A DNA stretch of 64,000 nucleotides from positions 952-64,951 of the IMG/VR virus record IMGVR_UViG_3300037755_000757; one strand, 5' to 3'. Origin of the DNA: a virus. Below are positions 55,901 to 64,000 of the stretch, in pieces (position 1 is the stretch's first letter; the number at the start of each line of letters is the position of its first letter). The position numbers were made by a program, and so were the translations under genes. The notes below the pieces were generated by a model. That model was not told the origin of the DNA, made no database searches, and saw only the letters and a list, made by a program, of their open reading frames with translations.

Positions 55901-57826
55901 CGACGCGCCGCCGAACTTGCTCTGCGCCGTGTCGATCTGCGCATCGCCAGATGCCGTCCAGACCTTGCCCGTCTCGTCGGTGAAGGTTGTCGAAGCGTCG
56001 GCGCCATCGAAATGCAGCAGGGACTCTGTGTATTTGCCATCACTTTCACAGTACTCGAACCATTCTTCAAGGCTATCGTCGTCTAGCTGACCTTCCACTA
56101 TCCTCGTATCAACACTCTGTCCTCCTAGAGCGAGATGCCTATACCAAGAGGCTGGATTCTGTGTCGGCTCGAACGTGTTCCAATCGGATCCATTCCACGT
56201 GTTCGCGTAACCGGTCGCTAGTACGGAAAGCTGATTGATAGACACGTTCTTCGCTTTGATAGCGATAAGGGAAATGCCCTTTTCGCCGAGAGGGTATTCA
56301 TCCCAGACGCTGGAAACAGCAGACCAAGTCATACCAGCAGGGATCTTTGACTGCTCTTCTCTTATTGCTGGAGGACTGGAAGCTGGCACATGTGAAAAGA
56401 AGTAGGGGACAACACTATTGTATTCATAGTCAGCAAATGAAAACAGGTTTGCGTCGTAGGCGTACCCCCTCTTTACCTGGATATCATAAATTCCCTTGGG
56501 GAATATTTCAGGATCAAGATAAACTATGACAGTTCCGTCTATTTGACCCACGTTCTGTGCAAACAGAGTACTCGTATCATCAAAATAATCGTCAACCGCA
56601 AAGTCCTCATCATTCTCTGTATCAGTAACGAATAGGGCAGCCTTCCAAGGCGGGAAACTTGGAGCCTGATCTGGTCTTGTTAAGCTGGTCGGAGGTTCCT
56701 CAAATACGAGCTTGATGATGCCGCGAAAAGGCTGAGGTCTCTCCCTCTGAGCATGGAACTCTGGCAGGTTGATCCAAGCGCTGGACCCAGCCTTACGAAT
56801 TCGCATCCGAACGCCCATACCGCCAGGAGCAGTTCCACCAGCATCGTCCTGTCTGATCAAGGTGCTCCACGCAAAAGTGAGCCACACCTCATCCGGATCT
56901 AGTCTAGTTCTGGCTGAATGCCACTGAGGATAGTCTATCTCTGGATCATCCTCATTCTGAAGTTCGTCGGTAGCGTCATCCTTTATTTTGTGACCAGAGA
57001 CTTCAGAGTTAACCTGATTCTCGTAGACCTGCTGAGTTATCAACGTGATATCGGTATCATCGTTAACGACATCACGAACTTCGTAATCAATGTCAGCAAA
57101 ATCTTCGATCGGAGCTCCGTTGACACGTATATCCTCAAACAGATGAGCTCCGTTCAGACCGACAATCGTGTATACAAACTGATCATCGTTGACGGACTCA
57201 CTCCAAGGAAGAATTATGTGTGGAGGAGAAACACGATGCTTTCCCGCAACGAACGGGATTGGCTTACCCGCTCCTAGAACGTTGCCTCGGACAGCAGCTG
57301 ATCCTAGACTTGAGACATTGTCACTATCCTCGGTTTCTCCAGCACCCCCCAAGGAGGGAGTGGGACTCAGGGCGTTTATCGCGAGAGAGCCAACTATAGC
57401 GACGCCAGCGGCGGCAAGAGCCGCTGACGTTGATCCAGCCGCGAACAAGGTCGTTCCAGCAATGCCAGTCAACGCTCCGCCAGAGATGGCCGTTACTGCT
57501 ATAACCAGAGCAATAGCAGCAATCGTTCCGATGATGCTCTTTCCACCACCCTCTCCGCCCCCACCATCGCGAAAGCGAATGCAGATGCGAAGAATGTACC
57601 GACTATTTCCCTTCGGTTTGACCTTGTTCCACAGATTCCTTGGAACCTCCCACTCGCCCAGGAAGACAAGGCCATGCGTCCACACCTCAGGCGGCAGATT
57701 CGGGATGTCCAGCAGGATGTCCAGGATTGTTTGCCCCTCCTGGGCGACATGCGTCCGGACGTCAAGTCTCAGGGGTGACGGATGCAGTGCCACAGGAATT
57801 TTATTTGGAACAATGATCTCAGACAT
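52958..57826 (-). CDS. tail tip/host-specificity protein with three LamG-like domains and a CBM5/12-like motif
   Basis: J-like N-terminal core; two 'LLHFDG..STTFTD...WIDEFRL' LamG copies, a third LamG, 'WAGSTSYAQEDVVVNGGESYTCIADHTS'. Confidence 0.85.
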   Translation of the reverse strand: MSEIIVPNKIPVALHPSPLRLDVRTHVAQEGQTILDILLDIPNLPPEVWTHGLVFLGEWEVPRNLWNKVKPKGNSRYILRICIRFRDGGGGEGGGKSIIGTIAAIALVIAVTAISGGALTGIAGTTLFAAGSTSAALAAAGVAIVGSLAINALSPTPSLGGAGETEDSDNVSSLGSAAVRGNVLGAGKPIPFVAGKHRVSPPHIILPWSESVNDDQFVYTIVGLNGAHLFEDIRVNGAPIEDFADIDYEVRDVVNDDTDITLITQQVYENQVNSEVSGHKIKDDATDELQNEDDPEIDYPQWHSARTRLDPDEVWLTFAWSTLIRQDDAGGTAPGGMGVRMRIRKAGSSAWINLPEFHAQRERPQPFRGIIKLVFEEPPTSLTRPDQAPSFPPWKAALFVTDTENDEDFAVDDYFDDTSTLFAQNVGQIDGTVIVYLDPEIFPKGIYDIQVKRGYAYDANLFSFADYEYNSVVPYFFSHVPASSPPAIREEQSKIPAGMTWSAVSSVWDEYPLGEKGISLIAIKAKNVSINQLSVLATGYANTWNGSDWNTFEPTQNPASWYRHLALGGQSVDTRIVEGQLDDDSLEEWFEYCESDGKYTESLLHFDGADASTTFTDETGKVWTASGDAQIDTAQSKFGGASGLFDGTGDYISTPDHADFTLGPQDFTIEAQVRLNSLAATTGIAGHRGGAGNVDSSFSLVVLTNGTLEFRVYQGSGFVNANSSAGALAADGDFHHVALVRSGNTLISFVDGQVQASPAITGSVNPCAEILVVGAHSSNGSGSLNGWIDEFRLSVGIARWTENFTPPTAPYPFAPTRECNAFFSSERSLTDVLRVIAATGNASNRISDKVGVVIDNDRSDESPIEAFTQRNSSGLAIRRAFPRLPDGLRIAFNDEDNDYLPREIFAYRKFPANIIEAIDYTGITNEASARDRATRDLRQLILRSALYQVGTDIQHLYCTKGSLVALAHDTLRRHTDSARILKADTSGGDITDIHVDTALRLDLVGDAIGAKFLQDLNTKLLLHFDGSDGSTTFTDSSLGAHTFTAEGDADLDTGEFRFGTASGQFDGTGDYIDTPDSSGFTLGDQDFTIECWFFVDAAVGSSRHMAGQGDAAGDSNGRAWLLQRNADGRIYANVWQGTTDFTITSQDTYDNDENNPGWHHLAFTRERDILRMFIDGVQQGSLAFTGSVNDSEDELAIGRLGGDTANSPWLGWVDEFRLTVGEARYVRNFDVQGDAFPDPEAAYLIRGAGLSGAADSGSVAFSFWINPEELPTADQHLISIETSGDQVRFAIVLRTTGAIRLFGRNAAGTVILDIEADTTLLPGEWSHVCGSVDLSDTDDRHIVINDIESDLTVSTYTDDDIDFTTDDASVGGRPNGSQLFEGSLAEVWLEDGLFIDFSVEANRRDFISTNGRPTNLGSDGSAPGTSPLVYLSGQDGDFPTNKGTGGGFTENGSLGSESVFYSDAGFPAGVVIQLQDGTTLTAQVDEEDETSVLTFSTPQPLPSYLTDEGSWAGSTSYAQEDVVVNGGESYTCIADHTSGSLSEPGVGADWIDFWEPLLRDCLVASGPFTSVNKRMLVLGVKINPDLSASLTLVDEAPQPFVTGQLGTDDIYAPDGSRIRAPY

Positions 57827-58292
57827 CTTTTAACCTATAGAATCCCAGAACTCTAGACTTTATTTTCGGATGACGATGGTACTCTGCTATCGTAACTCCA
57901 GACTTCTTTTCAATATGAATTAACTTCCCGGGGGTGACTACAAGACCGATGTGCACTGGCAGTGAACGAACAGCACCTTCTACGCGAAATTGCCCCTTCA
58001 TGAGCACGGCGTCAAACGGTTTTTCCTGATCTACCTTTTCCCATTCGTCACTAGTCTCGGAACTCTTGATGATCTTTCGTGCCTTTGCCATAAGATCACC
58101 TGCTGCCACATCTGCGTGACTTGAAATCTCCCTGCCAAGCTGTTCCTTAAATATGAGCTTGAGTAGACCCCAACAGTCGCACCCATCGTGACTTTCTCCT
58201 CTGTCCAGGTACGGTATCGTTATGTAAGACTCTGCCCATCTCATCTGAAGAATACCGGAGATGTTGCGTTGTTGACTCTTCTTCCTGGACAT
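57819..58292 (-). CDS. NlpC/P60 tail-associated protein
   Basis: 'DGCDCWGL...HIGLVV...LIHI'. Confidence 0.9.
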   Translation of the reverse strand: MSRKKSQQRNISGILQMRWAESYITIPYLDRGESHDGCDCWGLLKLIFKEQLGREISSHADVAAGDLMAKARKIIKSSETSDEWEKVDQEKPFDAVLMKGQFRVEGAVRSLPVHIGLVVTPGKLIHIEKKSGVTIAEYHRHPKIKSRVLGFYRLKDV

Positions 58293-58732
58293 GGCTCAGT
58301 AGATAAGCCACGAATCGCCAGTTTTCCGGAAACAGTTACTGCGTTGATCTCCACGTCGACAAGTTCCAGGTTCATCACCTCGTACTCAATCACGTCTGGA
58401 GTTTCACGAAGCACTGACTGAAGCATGACTACCAGCGTTTCCTCAGACAGATTCAGTATTGTTGTACCTATACGATCATCCACATTCTGAATAGTCAGCG
58501 TTGCTTCCGGTTCCCTGTCGTCGTCAGATAAGAAGTTAACCTCAAACGGAAACGTCGTGAACACCAGCCCGTTAGAGGTTAAAGTCTTGAACTCGTGTGG
58601 ATTTCCCGAAACAAATCTGTACGGCTCGTCAAACGAAGGATGATCAATAGTCAGCAATGCTCGAAAATCGTCGTCACGAAACGGCTTGAAAAGCTGTCTC
58701 CGAAACCGTGCCGACAAATTTCTGTTATGCAT
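58241..58732 (-). CDS. DUF1833-like minor tail protein
   Basis: 'LLTIDHPSF...FPFEV...ATLTIQNVD'. Confidence 0.8.
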   Translation of the reverse strand: MHNRNLSARFRRQLFKPFRDDDFRALLTIDHPSFDEPYRFVSGNPHEFKTLTSNGLVFTTFPFEVNFLSDDDREPEATLTIQNVDDRIGTTILNLSEETLVVMLQSVLRETPDVIEYEVMNLELVDVEINAVTVSGKLAIRGLSTEPCPGRRVNNATSPVFFR

Positions 58733-59096
58733 CGCCTAACCTGTAAATCGATACGGACACTCTCCACATGTCAAAGCCTACTGCTTCTTCCTGTGGAGGA
58801 CTCTCTGCGTCAAACTGATATCTTCCAGTTCCTGACAGAGCAGGATTATCCCACTGGAACACCCTCGTTCCGTTCTTCAGAGTCGTATTGTAGAACGTGT
58901 AGAACGCGTCCCTCTGGGCTGTTGTCCAAACAAACGAAGACTGTATCTTCCTAGCGTCAAGAGTTGATCTTCTCCAAGTTGTCGGAAGCCCTATGTCAGG
59001 CTTGAATGACGACGAGGTTGGAAGAAGCGACGAACCGTATCCGTTGTATTCTGGTCTGTGTGGAACCGTGGATTCCGGCCAAACTGGATATGACAT
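58725..59096 (-). CDS. distal tail protein-like
   Basis: 'FYTFYNTTLKNGTRVFQWDNP'; follows tape measure. Confidence 0.75.
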   Translation of the reverse strand: MSYPVWPESTVPHRPEYNGYGSSLLPTSSSFKPDIGLPTTWRRSTLDARKIQSSFVWTTAQRDAFYTFYNTTLKNGTRVFQWDNPALSGTGRYQFDAESPPQEEAVGFDMWRVSVSIYRLGDA

Positions 59097-59097
59097 A

Positions 59098-61686
59098 CTA
59101 TCTCCTTACCGGCCTGACAGAACTTCCGAATCTGCCTCTCATAGAATCATCAAACCGACCACTTGCCAGAGCTCCGTCTACAGCGTCCAGAGTCAACTCT
59201 ATTATCTCTCTTCCGCCGCTGCCGCTTCGGCGTTCCTGCCTGACGTTTGCTCCTGCGTTGTTGTTTACGATGACTGTCGTGCCCCCGCCTGCCTGTTGCC
59301 CAGAGGGAGTAAAGTCAATGCGCTCGCCCGGCGAGGCTTTAGCCACGACGAGTTGACTATCAGGCCCTCCTGAGCCACCAACCGTGATGGAGCCACCGTG
59401 CTGGAATGCCGGTATTCCGGGGATACCGACTCCTCCTCCGAGAGCACCAAGTAGAGGACGCAGCACGACAGCACGAATAAGAATACGAGCAAAGTCGGCC
59501 AGAATACTGTCTGTCAGCGATTTGAAATTGAGTTTGCCTGTCTTGACAAACTCGACAAACACGTCCTCAATACCCTTGAATGCTCCACCAATCGCGTCTG
59601 ACAACTGGGATCCAGTATCAGAAATGGACTTATTGAGTTCAATGAGGCCAGACTGGAACTTCGAGAAAGAGTCATCCTGAGTCTTCAAGAACGTAAGACG
59701 GATATTGTCAAGCTCACGATTAAACTCTTCTACAGTAATCTTTCCGTCTGCAAGTAGAGTGATAAGAGCCCGTTGCTGATTAGCATACTCTTCCGCAGGA
59801 CCACGAAGGTCAGTCAGTATGTCTGACTGAGCTTCTAACTGATAGTTCTCTTCAACCAGACTTGTGATAGCCTGACGCTCTGTGTCAAGAAGCTCGCGCT
59901 TTATCTTCAGCTCAGCATCCTGGATAGCCTTAAGCTTTTCGCGCTCAAGACCTTGAACACGAAGCAGAGCATTCTGGTTCTCCAGTCTGCGAAGAATATC
60001 TGCAACTTTTTCGGCACCCTTGGGAGGACGATCTGGTCTCTCACCAACGCGCCCAAGATCCACTTCCGTGGTTGTTGTGAACCCTGACCTGCGAGCTCTG
60101 CGAATAGCCTCCTGCCCAAACTGATCAAGAGCATCGCCAACCTCACCGACAAAGTCTCTCTTGAGAGCGTCTGTGAAACCTTTGTTGAACTCTCCCGCAA
60201 AATCGCTACCAGCCCCGGAAACTTCACCTTTGAAGCTTTCCAGATTAACTTTCACATCGTTCAGCGACTCTCCGAATACTCTTCCAAGACCCGCCCTCTC
60301 TGCGAGATTGTCTATACCGCTGAATAGAGAGGCGATAGCGTCAATGATAGCGTTGATCGCATTCTGAGTGATATCGATCAACTCGTTGAATGCAACGACA
60401 AACACATCTTTGAGAACAGGGCCAAGATTATCGAATGTCAGAACAATAGCATCTCTTGACCCAATGAACAGGCCGATTAAAGAGTTTAACGCGGACTTCG
60501 CGATAAAGCCCAGGAGGGTGAAAAACACCGTCGCCGCTCCGCCGATCCGATCCCACACAAGCAGAGCAGTGCCCAGGAGAAGCTGGAAGCCCTCGGTAAT
60601 CTTTGTCAGGACTGGTTCTGCTATTTCAACGAACAGACCAAACGCCTCGGAAGCCGCGTCTCTGAGACTGACCAATCCGTCCTCGGTTATCTTTATTTCC
60701 TTGCCGAAAGTGGAGATGAATCCTATCGCAGCGCCGATACCAGCGATCAGCAGAACAAGCGGATTTGCCAGAAGTGTGAGCAAAGCGGCAGAAGCAAACC
60801 GTATCGCTGCGCCGAGGAAAAAGAAGTTTCTCGCCAAAAGTCCTAAAGACAGACCAGCCAAGGCTCCTGTCAGAGTTAGAACAGATCCTACCAGAACGTC
60901 CATGTTATGGGCGACAGAAATTATCGCTCTGGCAACCGACTCGCTCGCGCCCGTAGCGTCATCGACCGCGTCAACCAGAGTCAGCCATTCCGCGTTAAAG
61001 ACGTTGAAAGCCTGAGCAATCGTCGGGATAGTCTGAGCAAACTTTTCCGCAATCTCTACTCTGGCTTCCCTGAAAGCTTTTAGAACAGTCTCACCAGTGA
61101 GTACGCCAGCTCGGCCCATCTCGCGCAGTTCACCACGAGTAGCGCCAAGACTCTTTGCAATAATATCCGCGACAAATGGCAATTGCTCTAAGACTGAACG
61201 GAGCTCGTCTCCGGACAGCCTGTTCGACGCTAAGCCCTGTCCTAGCTGAACGAGCGCAGCGTTAGCCTCTCGGGCAGACGCGCCAGAGAGAATAACCGCC
61301 TGATTCAGTGACTCTGTGAACTGAAGTGTCTCGGACTGTGCGATACCCAACTCTCTGATCGAGAGTGCGACTCTGGCGTAAACGTCAGCAGTTGAGTTAA
61401 ACTCAGATCTCGTATCACGAGCCACGCGAAACAGTTCGGCCTGGATTTGGTTAAGCTCTTCTGCAGAATCAGAAACGAGACGAATGCGGTTCTCGTAGCT
61501 GGTCAGAGAGTCAACTGTCTGCTGAATCGATCGCACGAGTCCAGCCGCACCCAGAACGAAAAGTGCATTCTGTAGGATGCGCAGACCGCGTGTCGCTCTG
61601 TTCGCACTTTCAACGATCTGACCAAGCTGACGAGCAACCGTTCTTGCGCCAGTCTGGCGAACACCGATGTTGATATTGTTAGCCAC
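59098..61686 (-). CDS. tape measure protein (862 aa)
   Basis: Tape-measure domain 'QLGQGLASNRLSGDELRSVLEQ'; C-terminal lambda-like segment. Confidence 0.92.
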   Translation of the reverse strand: MANNINIGVRQTGARTVARQLGQIVESANRATRGLRILQNALFVLGAAGLVRSIQQTVDSLTSYENRIRLVSDSAEELNQIQAELFRVARDTRSEFNSTADVYARVALSIRELGIAQSETLQFTESLNQAVILSGASAREANAALVQLGQGLASNRLSGDELRSVLEQLPFVADIIAKSLGATRGELREMGRAGVLTGETVLKAFREARVEIAEKFAQTIPTIAQAFNVFNAEWLTLVDAVDDATGASESVARAIISVAHNMDVLVGSVLTLTGALAGLSLGLLARNFFFLGAAIRFASAALLTLLANPLVLLIAGIGAAIGFISTFGKEIKITEDGLVSLRDAASEAFGLFVEIAEPVLTKITEGFQLLLGTALLVWDRIGGAATVFFTLLGFIAKSALNSLIGLFIGSRDAIVLTFDNLGPVLKDVFVVAFNELIDITQNAINAIIDAIASLFSGIDNLAERAGLGRVFGESLNDVKVNLESFKGEVSGAGSDFAGEFNKGFTDALKRDFVGEVGDALDQFGQEAIRRARRSGFTTTTEVDLGRVGERPDRPPKGAEKVADILRRLENQNALLRVQGLEREKLKAIQDAELKIKRELLDTERQAITSLVEENYQLEAQSDILTDLRGPAEEYANQQRALITLLADGKITVEEFNRELDNIRLTFLKTQDDSFSKFQSGLIELNKSISDTGSQLSDAIGGAFKGIEDVFVEFVKTGKLNFKSLTDSILADFARILIRAVVLRPLLGALGGGVGIPGIPAFQHGGSITVGGSGGPDSQLVVAKASPGERIDFTPSGQQAGGGTTVIVNNNAGANVRQERRSGSGGREIIELTLDAVDGALASGRFDDSMRGRFGSSVRPVRR

Positions 61687-62119
61687 GGATTATCAACCTC
61701 GCGGTGGTGACAAGACGACGAGCTCGTATGAGAGAGGTGTTTACCCAATCTCTTGGCTGTTGCAGAGAGTGACCGTTTCTCAGCTTCTCCAGATAAGGAA
61801 TAGAGTTGGATATGTAGATAGTCTGGCCTTCGCGAACCTGGGCGATCACTGCTCGCCCAGCCCCTATAGCCGCGCTCGCGTTAGCAGTCTCACCAATCCC
61901 AAGATGTCGACCAGGAGCGTAAGCAGGAATGACCCCGGTGGTCGGAGCATTCAGGCTCACTCGCCAGTTACTTCTGGCGACACCTTTGTCGACAGGAGTT
62001 CCACGCACTAAATCTTCTAATGCAGTGATCGCAACTCTGCGAGTGAGTAGATCTGATCTCTCAACAACGCCCCTAGCGACTCTCCTCATGTAGTTGGCAA
62101 ATCGCTGGAACGCCATCAC
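61679..62119 (-). CDS. HK97 gp10-like tail completion protein
   Basis: 'TPVDKGVARSNW...IYISNSIPYLEKL'. Confidence 0.8.
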   Translation of the reverse strand: MMAFQRFANYMRRVARGVVERSDLLTRRVAITALEDLVRGTPVDKGVARSNWRVSLNAPTTGVIPAYAPGRHLGIGETANASAAIGAGRAVIAQVREGQTIYISNSIPYLEKLRNGHSLQQPRDWVNTSLIRARRLVTTARLIIRG

Positions 62120-62409
62120 TTCTTCCTCAGCTTGTACTCCAAGAATGCAGCGTCCATCTTCTGAACGTGACGGTGCATTCTATAAGTCTGCTCCTCCGTC
62201 AATTCGTTCATGAGACAATACTGCTGAACTGTTACCCAAGATATCGGTCCAGGAGCCATGCCTATGCTTCGACTGTCGCTGAGCTCGCAAAAACCAGTGT
62301 AATACAGTTCCAGACCTCGCACAAGGTCTGGAGCTTCTTCGATGCGCTTTGGGACAGGCATTCTGTTTCGTTCGGCATCAGCCAGAATGCGTCCCTCAAT
62401 TGGTCCCAT
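62116..62409 (-). CDS. tail assembly chaperone, frameshift extension
   Basis: In the -1 frame of the upstream chaperone; frame open from the slippery site. Confidence 0.8.
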   Translation of the reverse strand: MGPIEGRILADAERNRMPVPKRIEEAPDLVRGLELYYTGFCELSDSRSIGMAPGPISWVTVQQYCLMNELTEEQTYRMHRHVQKMDAAFLEYKLRKK

Positions 62410-62432
62410 CTCTAAATAGTAGAGCAGGACCT

Positions 62433-62891
62433 CTACAAGTTTTTTCCTTCATCCTCAATTTCGTCTGCGCGAAATACTGCTACAGATTCAGCCTGTTCGC
62501 GGACGTCGAGAAACAGCTTCGGAAGAGCCTTGAATACAGCGATGATGTTCTCTTTGGTCACTGGAAGCAGAGATCCATCCTTCGCCTGAATCCCTTTCTC
62601 CCAGATAGTCTGTGCAATGATATTGTCATCACCCTTCGCCGTTTCCCAATCCATGATAACAGCGGTTGCGTACACTTCGTAGAGAATAGCCATGCTGCGA
62701 GCATTGCTGAAATTGCCGCTCGCAATCTGACGACGATGAGGACGAGTGAGAGTCTCAAGAGTCTTTGCATACTTCTTGTTCGTCTCACCAGCGTAGGTGA
62801 CACGAATACGGAAATCACCGTAATCGAGCCACACACCTTCTTTCTCTACGTTTGGGTCAGTAGAAAACTGATTCCACATACTGGCTTTCAT
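62433..62891 (-). CDS. tail assembly chaperone
   Basis: 'EKEGVWLDYG..RIRV..AG..N..Y'; between tube and tape measure. Confidence 0.85.
   Translation of the reverse strand: MKASMWNQFSTDPNVEKEGVWLDYGDFRIRVTYAGETNKKYAKTLETLTRPHRRQIASGNFSNARSMAILYEVYATAVIMDWETAKGDDNIIAQTIWEKGIQAKDGSLLPVTKENIIAVFKALPKLFLDVREQAESVAVFRADEIEDEGKNL
62439..62445 (-). other. -1 ribosomal frameshift site A AAA AAC
   Basis: GGA AAA AAC TTG TAG; -1 frame reads KKLVEVLLYYLEMGPIE into 62116-62409. Confidence 0.8.
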
Positions 62892-62906
62892 GTATTCTGT
62901 CCTCTT

Positions 62907-64000
62907 TTATTCTGCTGCGTCGGGAAGGTAATGGAAGAAGTTGAACATGATCGTATGGTCAAGAGCAGTGGCAACCTTACGACCGCGAGCTGCGTCGATA
63001 GCCAAGGGCAGCGTGATCGGGCTGTCAACCTCAACGTTGAGACGACCATCACCCAAGGAAATAAGTGGAATATCAATACCGATTCCACGATTTTCCTTGG
63101 CCAGGAACATGTCCAAAGTCACATCGCTGTTGTTGCGAACTGCCTGAACAGCGGTAACATTTCCGAAGTATGCAGTCGCCTGACCGCTGACCTGGAAGTT
63201 TCCGGCCGTGACCTCAAACCCACCAAGAACTCCGACCGCCTTGTTCACGGTAGCGTTGTTACTGATCGTGAGAGTGAAGTCAGTGAGATAAGCGAACAAC
63301 GCGTCAGGCGCTTCGTCTGACTCGCTAACAATCGCCATCTTGATGCTCGTGACATCGCTGGACGTGTTGAACACGTCGGCAGATTCAGGATCATCAACTG
63401 AACTCTGCAACGGGCCGGTATCGCCGGTCCGTTGCAGATTGTCCAGCCCAACGAAAGTGAGATCAGACTGAAGCAGAGCAGCGGTTGGAATATTCAGAAC
63501 GAACTGGTTGAAAACCTGACCGGTCAGCAATTCTGACTGAACTTCGGACGGCTCTGCGTCGTCCGGAACACCGAGTGTGCGCTCAAGCTGATACGTGCGA
63601 CGAACGATGTTCGCCCCCAATTCATTCTTCAGTGTGTCACCAAAGAATATTTGAATTGTTCCTGCGGCATTCGCCTCAGTAACCATGTCAGCCGCAGATT
63701 TGTCGAGCACGAGAGCGTTCGTATCAATAGAACGAATACGCTTCAGCCCGTTATTCACAGCATTGGTGAAACTTGTTCCAGCGTCGTCACCACCGATCCA
63801 GATCAACTGGCCCGGAATAAGACCAAAATCCTCAAAGTCCAGTGACGAGCTAACGATAGTCGCATAGGCACCAGAAACGTCTACGTCCAGATCACCAGCT
63901 TCACCCTGAAGACCGACAACCTTGATATAGGCTCCGGCCGGAGGCGTTTCGTCAACAAGCTGTCCGTCCTCAACTTCAACCGAAGTGTCAGCGACTACGG
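62907..64000 (-). CDS. major tail tube protein, 5' part outside window
   Basis: YuA-like tube C-terminus 'AVGVLGGFEVTAGNF..SG..TAYF'. Confidence 0.85.
   Translation of the reverse strand, partial: VVADTSVEVEDGQLVDETPPAGAYIKVVGLQGEAGDLDVDVSGAYATIVSSSLDFEDFGLIPGQLIWIGGDDAGTSFTNAVNNGLKRIRSIDTNALVLDKSAADMVTEANAAGTIQIFFGDTLKNELGANIVRRTYQLERTLGVPDDAEPSEVQSELLTGQVFNQFVLNIPTAALLQSDLTFVGLDNLQRTGDTGPLQSSVDDPESADVFNTSSDVTSIKMAIVSESDEAPDALFAYLTDFTLTISNNATVNKAVGVLGGFEVTAGNFQVSGQATAYFGNVTAVQAVRNNSDVTLDMFLAKENRGIGIDIPLISLGDGRLNVEVDSPITLPLAIDAARGRKVATALDHTIMFNFFHYLPDAAE

Noticed and set aside
840-61800. Dispersed GCCCAGGAGG motif explained as Shine-Dalgarno sequences or codon bias
   Set aside because: Most copies are mid-gene, half are antisense, all six frames are used, and the GCCCA half is not part of an SD. 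A shuffle test is still needed.
61978-61991. Additional CCTT-loop hairpin
   Set aside because: Only a 5 bp stem with a different closing pair, inside a gene; likely chance
14092-63320. Long plus-strand ORFs (14092-14934, 19847-20521, 38114-38950, 51796-52500, 57189-57833, 62349-63320)
   Set aside because: Antisense shadows of well-supported minus-strand genes, with no recognisable motifs

Overview
This window is about 64 kb of a tailed dsDNA phage genome (siphovirus-type tail), with no host genes and no integrase or tRNA that I could recognise. Every credible gene but one (3710-4432) is on the minus strand. Reading along that strand the order is: tail genes (tube, chaperones with a -1 frameshift, tape measure, Dit, NlpC/P60, a LamG-decorated tail tip, Gly-rich fibre), a lysis cassette, a replication/nucleotide module (SNF2 and RecD-like helicases, SSB-like protein, class II RNR, family A polymerase, dCTP deaminase, primase-helicase), about 22 kb of small early/accessory genes including an Omp25/RopB-type porin, a probable small terminase, and a 1.3 kb repeat-rich non-coding region. 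The gene order resembles Pseudomonas YuA/M6-like phages (from memory, not a search). The porin and promoter style point to an alphaproteobacterial (Rhizobiales-like) host, which is an inference. Highlights: (1) a 5-hydroxymethyluracil hypermodification cluster with dUMP hydroxymethylase and 5-hmdU DNA kinase in which the known amino-acid-transfer genes are replaced by two glycosyltransferases, an FkbM methyltransferase and a radical SAM enzyme; (2) an asymmetric ~10 bp motif, GCCCARGRRG, dispersed about once per kb through coding DNA on both strands and in all frames; (3) a 62-63 bp phased array of two interleaved palindromes next to terS; (4) a family of covarying hairpins with a fixed GAC-AAGK-GUC cap; (5) two homologous ~300 bp origin-like loci 46.5 kb apart. 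All counts were made by eye and all family assignments come from motif recognition, so both need computational confirmation.
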